Shown here piece after piece: positions 28,270-34,596 of a stretch of 34,596 nucleotides of DNA (position 1 is its first letter; each line of letters begins with the position of its first letter). The stretch lies in the IMG/VR virus record IMGVR_UViG_2541047860_000003, positions 1 through 34,596 of that record. One strand, given 5' to 3'. A program made the position numbers and the translations under genes. The notes under the pieces are model-generated. The model did no database searches, was not told where the DNA came from, and worked only from the letters and a program-made list of their open reading frames with translations. This stretch comes from a virus. Taxonomy: Duplodnaviria; Heunggongvirae; Uroviricota; Caudoviricetes.

Positions 28270-29783
28270 CGGCTGAATACCTCACTGATCGCTTCTTTGA
28301 CTGCGCCAGCTACTGGCGCATTAATCCCTTCGAATTGCTGAATTTGCCGTTCAGTAAAGTTGGAGCGAAAGCGCGGATTGCCAGGGTGCTCGATAAGCAT
28401 GGTCTTGTCGGTGATTATCGCGATGTGACCCGATATAGCATTGCCTCTGGTTATCCTTTCGACGGTGATGAGGTGACCGCCGAAATGGCAGAGTGTGAAA
28501 ACCTGTTTTCTGTGCCGGTTGACGTAATGATCACAAAGGTACAGGAAGATAAAGTCAGTGGCGTAGAGGTCGTAAAGGCGTGGAAATCTCTGCCTACCGC
28601 CGAAAATATCCAATGGGTATTTGAGCGCATCGGAGCCATGCCCGCTCGTAACATGATGTCGGCAAAAATTGAGCTTCTCAGCCTGGACGGCTGCAACTCT
28701 GGTGTTAGCGAGGTATCAGCGACCAGCCAGTTATTGAGCGAGTGCGCTCGCCGTGGAGTTCCCGACAAGAACTACGCAGCACACCTGGAATCAATCGCAG
28801 AACGCAATGCGTTTCACCCCATCAATGAGATTCTCAAATTCCGGCAATGGGATGGCAAAAACCGCGTTGCTGATGTGCTAGGCGCTATCAAGACTGATGA
28901 TGACCCATATTCTCATCAAATCCTGCTGAAATGGCTGGCTGGCGCGATTTGCGCCATTGATAGCGGCAGCGTGGCTATTAAGTTTTGCCCGGTCATTCAT
29001 AGCAAGGCCAACAACTGGTACAAGTCGCAGCTACCGGAGCGCCTGTTTAATCTGGTTGAAGGTGCTTTTGGTGGCGCTATCGGCATCCCGGAGCCATCGA
29101 ACAAAGACGACCTGATGAAATCAATTAGCGCCTGGTGTTATGAATTTGGCGAACTGGCTGGAATGACTAAGCGTGACGCAGAGGCTATCAAAAGCTTTAT
29201 CCCGATGAGTGAGGATATTTTCCGGTTGCCGTATGGCCGGTGTAATCTTTCCAAGCCGCGTCAGACGGTGTACATCGGCACAACTAACCGTGATGACTTC
29301 ATTCATGATGAGACAATCGCTACACGCTTCCCGGTTATTAAGCTCGCCTCACCGATTGACATCGAGCGTATCAATAAAGCACTTGGCTACGAGTTCGACG
29401 GCAACAGGGCCGTACTGACTGACCGCGAACAACTGATCCAATTCTGGCTTGAGGTTCGCCAGATGGTTGCAGACGGCCTTAATTACGTTATTGACGGTGA
29501 GTTGCTGGCTATTACCAGAGGGAAGAACAAAGAGTTCGAGTCGAGAACCAGCTATGACACCACGCTGCTTGATACGCTGGCGATGCACGATGGCCGCACA
29601 TATCAGACCACAACGCAGATATGCAATGAAATCGGCGTGCCGGTTGATAAGCGAGTACATGTGGGCAGGGCTCTCAACAAGCTTTCGGATAATGGTGTTA
29701 TTGAAAAGAAAGTGACAGGTGGAGTGGCTTACTACACCTTCCCCACGCGGGTTAACTATTTACCAACCCGAAATCCCGAATAA
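28236..29783 (+). CDS. VirE-like protein with degenerate P-loop and C-terminal winged helix; N-terminus continuous with the chaperone -1 frame (possible fusion)
   Basis: 515-aa ORF; central region ...KSFIPMSEDIFRLPYGRCNLSKPRQTVYIGTTNRDDFIHDETIATRFPVIKL resembles the VirE / primase C-terminal family, but the Walker A position reads HSKANNWYKS; C-terminal 60 aa are similar to the C-terminus of the 118-aa protein at 30441..30797. Confidence 0.45.
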   Translation: MACGWFFPPGLTAEYLTDRFFDCASYWRINPFELLNLPFSKVGAKARIARVLDKHGLVGDYRDVTRYSIASGYPFDGDEVTAEMAECENLFSVPVDVMITKVQEDKVSGVEVVKAWKSLPTAENIQWVFERIGAMPARNMMSAKIELLSLDGCNSGVSEVSATSQLLSECARRGVPDKNYAAHLESIAERNAFHPINEILKFRQWDGKNRVADVLGAIKTDDDPYSHQILLKWLAGAICAIDSGSVAIKFCPVIHSKANNWYKSQLPERLFNLVEGAFGGAIGIPEPSNKDDLMKSISAWCYEFGELAGMTKRDAEAIKSFIPMSEDIFRLPYGRCNLSKPRQTVYIGTTNRDDFIHDETIATRFPVIKLASPIDIERINKALGYEFDGNRAVLTDREQLIQFWLEVRQMVADGLNYVIDGELLAITRGKNKEFESRTSYDTTLLDTLAMHDGRTYQTTTQICNEIGVPVDKRVHVGRALNKLSDNGVIEKKVTGGVAYYTFPTRVNYLPTRNPE

Positions 29784-29799
29784 CCAGAACACAATCCAA

Positions 29800-29824
29800 C
29801 CCTGCTACGGCAGGGTTTTTTTTG
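29800..29824 (+). terminator. Strong intrinsic terminator
   Basis: CCCTGC-TACG-GCAGGG followed by nine T residues. Confidence 0.75.
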
Positions 29825-29920
29825 CCTCGTGATCGTGACTGCTTAGCCAGAAAAGGTCAAAAGAAAGCCACTGGAAAGAAAGTCAAAACCGGCCCCTGCT
29901 ATCCCGCCGCGCTCAGGTGG

Positions 29921-30265
29921 GGTACTCCACCTACTCCCCCTACTGATGTTACTCCACCTTGTTACTCCACCTGTTTAACTGAATGATATTAAATAAGAAA
30001 AACCAAAAGGTGGAGTAGGTGGGGTAAAAAGCCGCAAAAACTCCAGAGATTTAATCAGCGGTAAAAATACAACCACCTATGGGCTATATACTACTTATCT
30101 AATTAAATAATAATTATATATAAAGTTACTCCACCTACTCCCCCTAAAGAAAATAAAGTTAAATATAAACAATATGTTAGCTCATAAAAGGCATTTAATT
30201 TACCCCCCCTTTTACCCCACCTTTACTCCCCCTATGAAACTTACCCCCCCTGATTTACCCCACCT
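29921..30265. repeat. Iteron array with AT-rich region (putative plasmid-type origin)
   Basis: At least 12 copies of the 10-mer TAC(T/C)CC(A/C)CCT in both orientations (29921..29972 direct, 30007..30025 inverted, 30126..30145, 30198..30265) around an AT-rich stretch at 30060..30180. Confidence 0.6.
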
Positions 30266-30385
30266 GATGCAGGAATCTAGCAGGAAAGTTGATAGAAAAG
30301 GCATTTTGTATTTGCGGAAGTGGTATGTAGACGATCCGCTTTCTTTTCCCAGTGGCTTACTTCCACTATCTCTGCAATTCGCTCG

Positions 30386-30414
30386 CGTAGTCTGATGTTG
30401 GTATAATGAACCAT
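30386..30414 (+). promoter_or_regulatory. Sigma70-type promoter with extended -10 (TGgTATAATGAACC)
   Basis: GTTGGTATAATGAACC about 30 bp upstream of the 118-aa gene; near-identical to GGTGGTATAATGAACC at 31973..31988. Confidence 0.5.
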
Positions 30415-30440
30415 ATAACCAACAATGCAGAGATGCGACG

Positions 30441-30797
30441 ATGACCAATGAAACAAAGGCTTTCACGGTACGAATTCCCGCAGTCGTTTATCAGGCAATT
30501 GCTGAACGGGCAAAAAATGAAGGCCGGTCACTCAGCTACATGGTGAGCAATGCGCTCTGCGCGTTCGCTGGCATTGATGACGCCCAGGATGATTACGAAA
30601 CGCTTTTGCTTGAGGCAGTTAATACCGGGTCAAATATAAGGGCGCAGACAGTGACGGAAATTTGCAGCGTTATCGGTGTGGATGCTGCCAGGCGGATTCA
30701 TGTAGGCAAGGCATTGCGAAAACTGGCAAGTGGCGGAGCGGTAGTCATGCGGAACCGCAGCGGGTGCAGAGTCTATAAATTTCCTTCTAGCGTATAA
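30441..30797 (+). CDS. RHH (CopG-like) N-domain plus winged-helix C-domain regulator
   Basis: N-terminal KAFTVRIPAVVYQAIAERAKNEGRSLSYMVSNALCAF is ribbon-helix-helix-like; C-terminus similar to that of the 515-aa protein. Confidence 0.5.
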   Translation: MTNETKAFTVRIPAVVYQAIAERAKNEGRSLSYMVSNALCAFAGIDDAQDDYETLLLEAVNTGSNIRAQTVTEICSVIGVDAARRIHVGKALRKLASGGAVVMRNRSGCRVYKFPSSV

Positions 30798-31024
30798 TGG
30801 GCAACATGAACAAATTCGACAGAGTGAAACGCCTTGAAGCGTTCAAGCCAAAGCAGCATGAAGCTGTTCTATCAATTCTCCGGGAGCGTGCTGACATGCC
30901 GTCAGGCAATGCCGGGGAATGCGTGTTTGCCATTCTCATGAAGAAATATGCTTCGGCACAGCAAAAGCCCGCAGGTATCCAGGCGTCCGGCGGGGAAAAT
31001 TCTTTTCTTCCAGTGGCTAATTGA
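30797..31024 (+). CDS. Hypothetical 75-aa protein
   Basis: ORF start overlaps the preceding stop (TAATGG); no motif recognised. Confidence 0.3.
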   Translation: MGNMNKFDRVKRLEAFKPKQHEAVLSILRERADMPSGNAGECVFAILMKKYASAQQKPAGIQASGGENSFLPVAN

Positions 31025-31056
31025 CAGAATAACCCAACGGCAAAGTTGAGGCGTGT

Positions 31057-31512
31057 ATGAAAGACAATACCGTAAATGACGCACCTGATAACGAGCAGCC
31101 CGATATCGAACGTGATAAGCGGGGGCGGTTTACTAAGGGGCAATCAGGAAACCCATCAGGGCGAACCAGAAAGGAGCGCCAGTTATTAACAATGATGGGT
31201 GATGATGCTGACAGCGTGGCGCAAATCGTCATTGATGCGGCAAAGGGCGGTGACATGCAGGCTTGCCGCTTGGTACTTGAAAGGGTGCTTCCCGTCCGCA
31301 AGGCCAGATATGAGGCCGTAGAGTTTGAAATTGATGACACCACACTTGCAGGCTCTGCAAAGTCAATTCTTGCAGCTGTAGCAGGTGGAGATCTGCCACC
31401 AGACGTGGGCGCAATGCTTCTCCAATCAGTAGCTCAAACGGCGAAGATTATCGAGATTGACGAACTTGAGCGGCGAATCGCAGCACTGGAGAAAGGCAAT
31501 GAAACTGAATAA
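31057..31512 (+). CDS. DUF5681-like protein
   Basis: N-terminal KRGRFTKGQSGNPSGRTRKER motif recalled for DUF5681-type plasmid/phage proteins. Confidence 0.4.
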   Translation: MKDNTVNDAPDNEQPDIERDKRGRFTKGQSGNPSGRTRKERQLLTMMGDDADSVAQIVIDAAKGGDMQACRLVLERVLPVRKARYEAVEFEIDDTTLAGSAKSILAAVAGGDLPPDVGAMLLQSVAQTAKIIEIDELERRIAALEKGNETE

Positions 31513-31954
31513 ACGGCTTGAAGCTCTGGAGCAGCGTAGGCCCACGAAGAAGGGCGCAGAGGCTCTCACCGATGAAGAGCTGGCCGCAGCTATCGCCAGG
31601 TTTACACCGGAAGAGATCCGCGCAGCAGAACGGGAGTTATTGCTATGGTTAGGTTAACGCGACGCCTTGAGGTTCTGGAGGAGCAGAGACAGCGTCAGCA
31701 ACCGAAGATCGATTTCCCGCTATATACCATCATTGACAAGCCATCTATACAGACACCCCGCAAGCACTCATTTTCCAATCCTCCCGCTTATCTCTTGGTG
31801 AACTCCTGAAACGAAAAAGCCCCCACATTTCTGTAGGGGCCGTTTCGTCAATCTGCGTTTGATGGTCGGAAGGATGGCCGACAACCTAATTATGCACCGG
31901 CCTGTAAAAATGTACCAGCCTTAAATACAGAAAATCGTAAAAACTTAATCACGA

Positions 31955-31990
31955 TTTTCCGTAAATCATTAACGGTGGTATAATGAACCG
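31955..31990 (+). promoter_or_regulatory. Promoter with extended -10 plus palindromic operator
   Basis: ACAGAAAATCGTAAAAACTTAATCACGATTTTCCGT palindrome followed by GGTGGTATAATGAACC, upstream of the 134-aa gene. Confidence 0.45.
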
Positions 31991-32005
31991 TCAATCCTTC
32001 TTTTA

Positions 32006-32410
32006 ATGGTGATAGCGATGAACGAAGTAGATTCAATTCTGGCCGAGCAGAAAAGAGCCGCAGAACAACGCCGCTTGGCTAATGAGAAGAAGCGCCATCC
32101 ATCCGGCCTGTACGATGCGGGTGATGGGTGGTATGTGAAGCAAATCGAAGAGCTTCACTCCCCGCTGGGTCTCAGTAAGGTGGTTCTGGTAAGCCCTGAT
32201 GATGTTTGTGTGAGATATCAGCGCCAATATGGCAAAGCACTCACCACTGACAAATTGAAGGAATGGAGCAGGGACGGGAACTTCCCGTTGCCGCGCTCTA
32301 TTAATGGGGTTATCGGTTGGGAATCGAATGTTGTGACCAATGGCCTGAATGAACTGAGCAAAGCAGCCGGTCGCGGCTTTACCTGTATCACTCGAGGATT
32401 CGCACGATGA
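32006..32410 (+). CDS. Hypothetical 134-aa protein
   Basis: ORF downstream of the promoter/operator; no motif recognised. Confidence 0.35.
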   Translation: MVIAMNEVDSILAEQKRAAEQRRLANEKKRHPSGLYDAGDGWYVKQIEELHSPLGLSKVVLVSPDDVCVRYQRQYGKALTTDKLKEWSRDGNFPLPRSINGVIGWESNVVTNGLNELSKAAGRGFTCITRGFAR

Positions 32411-32613
32411 GCAAAGAATCTGTAATCGCGGCATTGAAAAAAGCGCGTGAAGCGCGTGAAGGCAATATCTTCGGTGGTACTGGGCAGGCCGAATTTAACA
32501 AAGATTTTTATGCTGGCCGCGCCACCAAAACAGATGGTGTCAGTAAGACCGACAGTAACGAGCCGATGAACCAAAAGGCATTTAATGCCCGGTTCTACTC
32601 CGGTAAAGGCTGA
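32407..32613 (+). CDS. Hypothetical 68-aa protein
   Basis: Start overlaps the previous stop (ATGA); Lys/Gly-rich. Confidence 0.3.
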   Translation: MSKESVIAALKKAREAREGNIFGGTGQAEFNKDFYAGRATKTDGVSKTDSNEPMNQKAFNARFYSGKG

Positions 32614-32708
32614 TTATAGGCAATCGGGCATATCGCAATTGCTGCCCGACTGTTTGGATTGTGACTGTTGAGAAATAGACGCAATTCCGCAATTACAGAA
32701 AATCGCAT

Positions 32709-32933
32709 TTACTTATTTCCGTATTTCTCCATTAGTAACTCTCTAACCTCATCGGCAATCTTTGCTCCTCTCTCTGCTGTTTGCATCTTGATGGCACGGT
32801 GCAAAGATTCAGGGATATCAATCGTCAGGCGCTTCATTTTTTCCGTTTCTTCTGGCGCTGTTACGCGGTCACTAATCCAGGCGTCTGCTGATGCTGGCGT
32901 TGGTTTTTTGCCAATTGAAATCTTCTTGCTCAC
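32709..32933 (-). CDS. ParG-like RHH centromere-binding protein
   Basis: 74 aa; GTG start overlapping the parA stop; C-terminal KRLTIDIPESLHRAIKMQTAERGAKIADEVRELL is ribbon-helix-helix-like. Confidence 0.55.
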   Translation of the reverse strand: MSKKISIGKKPTPASADAWISDRVTAPEETEKMKRLTIDIPESLHRAIKMQTAERGAKIADEVRELLMEKYGNK

Positions 32934-33559
32934 TTCATTATCTCCAGCAGTTCATTAATCAGGTTCTCAATCTCTGCAACAGCCTGGCTGTTAGCGTCTA
33001 CCTCATGCAGAGCTTTACCACTCGCCGCAGCCTCTGCGAATATCACTCGCTGGGTTATTGCAGTTTGCAATGTTGGGATGTCATAAGCGGCTAAAGCCTC
33101 GCGAACATCACGCCCAATAGCTGTATTTGCGATTTTACGATTAATCACAAAACATGATTTGATGTTTTCTTTAAATACAGAAGCCTCAGCAATGAGTTTT
33201 ACTATCTCATCGGCGGCCCATATGTCATATGGTGATGGTTGAACCGGTATAAGCACCGCATCGGATGCCATGATTGCAGAACGTGCCAGGTCAGTGACTC
33301 GCGGGGCACTATCAATTACAACATGGTCATAGCCTTTCGCCAGTTCCTGAACCTCTTTATGAATTGTGGCGCGGGGAAGCCCAACGACAGAGAATAATGG
33401 TTCCCCATCTCTCGCCGCCTGCCAATCTAACGCGCTCCCTTGCGGGTCTGCATCGAGCAGCAGCACCCGGCAGCCTCTCCGGGCAAGGCTTGCCGCAACG
33501 TTCACAGAAAGCGTTGTTTTACCCACTCCGCCTTTTTGATTCAGTACGCCAATTATCAT
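32930..33559 (-). CDS. parA: ParA-type partition ATPase (small type Ib)
   Basis: Deviant Walker A MIIGVLNQKGGVGKTT..., LLDADPQGS, 209 aa. Confidence 0.85.
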   Translation of the reverse strand: MIIGVLNQKGGVGKTTLSVNVAASLARRGCRVLLLDADPQGSALDWQAARDGEPLFSVVGLPRATIHKEVQELAKGYDHVVIDSAPRVTDLARSAIMASDAVLIPVQPSPYDIWAADEIVKLIAEASVFKENIKSCFVINRKIANTAIGRDVREALAAYDIPTLQTAITQRVIFAEAAASGKALHEVDANSQAVAEIENLINELLEIMK

Positions 33560-33703
33560 GTCGACCTCTATCCAGTTTTGGCCAGATGGTACAGAAAATC
33601 GTAAAAACTTAAAAGCGTATCTTCTAATTTACAGATGAATAATCCTGTTAAATACACGCGGCAGCCCTCGTTTTTTCGTCCAGTGGCCATATTAGCGGGC
33701 CAT

Positions 33704-33735
33704 TTGACATGGCTTCAAAACGGCTTCAAAATGAT
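33704..33735 (+). promoter_or_regulatory. Sigma70-like promoter with direct-repeat operator
   Basis: TTGACA at 33704..33709, 17-bp spacer containing GGCTTCAAAA twice, then CAAAAT; upstream of the RHH gene. Confidence 0.4.
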
Positions 33736-33756
33736 GCCATAACCATAGGGGGATTT

Positions 33757-33915
33757 ATGCCAACACCAAAACCGAAAACCATCACATTCAGGCTTTCAGA
33801 TGAACTACTGGAAGATCTTAAGCGCCTTGCCGACGATGAAGGACGCTCTATTAATTCGATGCTCACGGAGTTGGTGAAGCGAGCCGCTAAAAAGCAGGAT
33901 GGCGAAAGTAAATGA
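33757..33915 (+). CDS. Small RHH (CopG/Arc-type) DNA-binding protein
   Basis: 52 aa from internal ATG; KTITFRLSDELLEDLKRLADDEGRSINSMLTELV is an RHH signature. Confidence 0.5.
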   Translation: MPTPKPKTITFRLSDELLEDLKRLADDEGRSINSMLTELVKRAAKKQDGESK

Positions 33916-34337
33916 GAAAAACACTCCTGGCATTAATCGTTATCTTGGGGTCAGTTTGGAGATCGGAAATTTCTGTACGTTAAGCGCATTATTTAACCAA
34001 TCTTGGTTCGTAAGGGGTTGATTTTGCGTCAGTGGCTATCGCTTTTAAGTTGTCGCTCTTGCAGTATCGCATTTAGGTTATCCGATTAAGGTCAAACCTC
34101 TGAAAATGCCGTATAGCGCGGGAGTACACCCTATTGCGATAGCGCGATCTGTTCAAAAAACAGGCTTAACGTACAATAATTTCCGATCTCCAAACTCACC
34201 CCTTATTCACGCTGGCCAACCTGTTTCGGGCGGACCAAATGATACGTCAGTGGGAGAGATCTCACTAAAAACTGGGGATAGCGCCTTAAATGGCGAAGAA
34301 ACGGTCTAAATAGGCTGATTCAAGGCATTTACGGGAG

Positions 34338-34596
34338 GGTGATGCTGCCAACTTACTGATTTAGTGTATGATGGTGTTTTTGAGGTGCTCCAGTGGCTTC
34401 TGTTTCTATCAGCTGTCCCTCCTGTTCAGCTACTGACGGGGTGGTGCGTAACGGCAAAAGCACCGCCGGACATCAGCGCTATCTCTGCTCTCACTGCCGT
34501 AAAACATGGCAACTGCAGTTCACTTACACCGCTTCTCAACCCGGTACGCACCAGAAAATCATTGATATGGCCATGAATGGCGTTGGATGCCGGGCA
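34338..34596 (+). mobile_element. IS1 left end (partial, continues beyond window)
   Basis: Starts with the IS1 terminal repeat GGTGATGCTGCCAACTTACTGATTTAGTGTATGATGG and continues into insA; matches IS1 from memory. Confidence 0.9.
34393..34596 (+). CDS. insA: IS1 InsA (5' portion, truncated by window end)
   Basis: GTG start; translation [68 protein letters not shown] matches IS1 InsA. Confidence 0.85.
   Translation, partial: MASVSISCPSCSATDGVVRNGKSTAGHQRYLCSHCRKTWQLQFTYTASQPGTHQKIIDMAMNGVGCRA

Larger units (their letters stand above)
28270..34337. mobile_element. Plasmid-like replication/partition module of apparently separate origin
   Basis: Replaces the expected tape measure, baseplate and fibre genes; contains an iteron origin, RHH regulators and ParA/ParG; bounded on the right by IS1. 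Confidence 0.4.

Noticed and set aside
29921-30265. Possible CRISPR array
   Set aside because: The repeats are only 10 bp, occur in both orientations and have no uniform spacers, and there are no cas genes; this is an iteron origin, not CRISPR.
30174-30395. 73-aa ORF inside the iteron array
   Set aside because: The reading frame is generated by the repeated 10-mers (Pro/Tyr/Thr-rich translation); treated as an artefact of the origin repeats.
33912-33983. 23-codon hydrophobic ORF overlapping the RHH stop as a type I-like toxin
   Set aside because: It is too short and unsupported to annotate as a gene; noted only as a hypothesis under the partition-module finding.
33920-34337. Non-coding stretch with scattered short inverted repeats and a 67-aa ORF (34106..34309)
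   Set aside because: No RBS or motif support for the ORF and no coherent repeat structure; possibly the remnant of an IS1 target region.

Overview
The window covers the enterobacterial proA-thrW locus with a mosaic, degraded prophage integrated next to tRNA-Thr. The prophage carries int/xis, a yfdP-Q-R-S-T-like early-left block, a cI/cro immunity region, an O-like replication gene with internal iterons, nin-region genes (LexA-N-like, PerC-like, RusA, KilA-N, DUF968), a Q antiterminator, a lambda-type lysis cassette plus bor, HK97-type packaging and head genes, and a Mu-type contractile tail sheath and tube. It looks defective: IS186 splits the portal gene, and the tail module stops after the tail assembly chaperone with no tape measure, baseplate or fibres. 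In their place is a plasmid-like module (VirE-like ORF, iteron origin, RHH regulators, ParA/ParG partition pair) that ends in a partial IS1 at the window edge. The most interesting unexplained cargo is a reverse-oriented 339-aa membrane protein between Q and the holin. Next are a convergent small-gene pair and a hairpin-rich GC island between cI and the early-left genes, an rrn-like boxB-boxA motif on the predicted PL transcript, and the iteron origin with its shared winged-helix proteins. All family assignments are from reading the translations and recalling family hallmarks; no database search was run.
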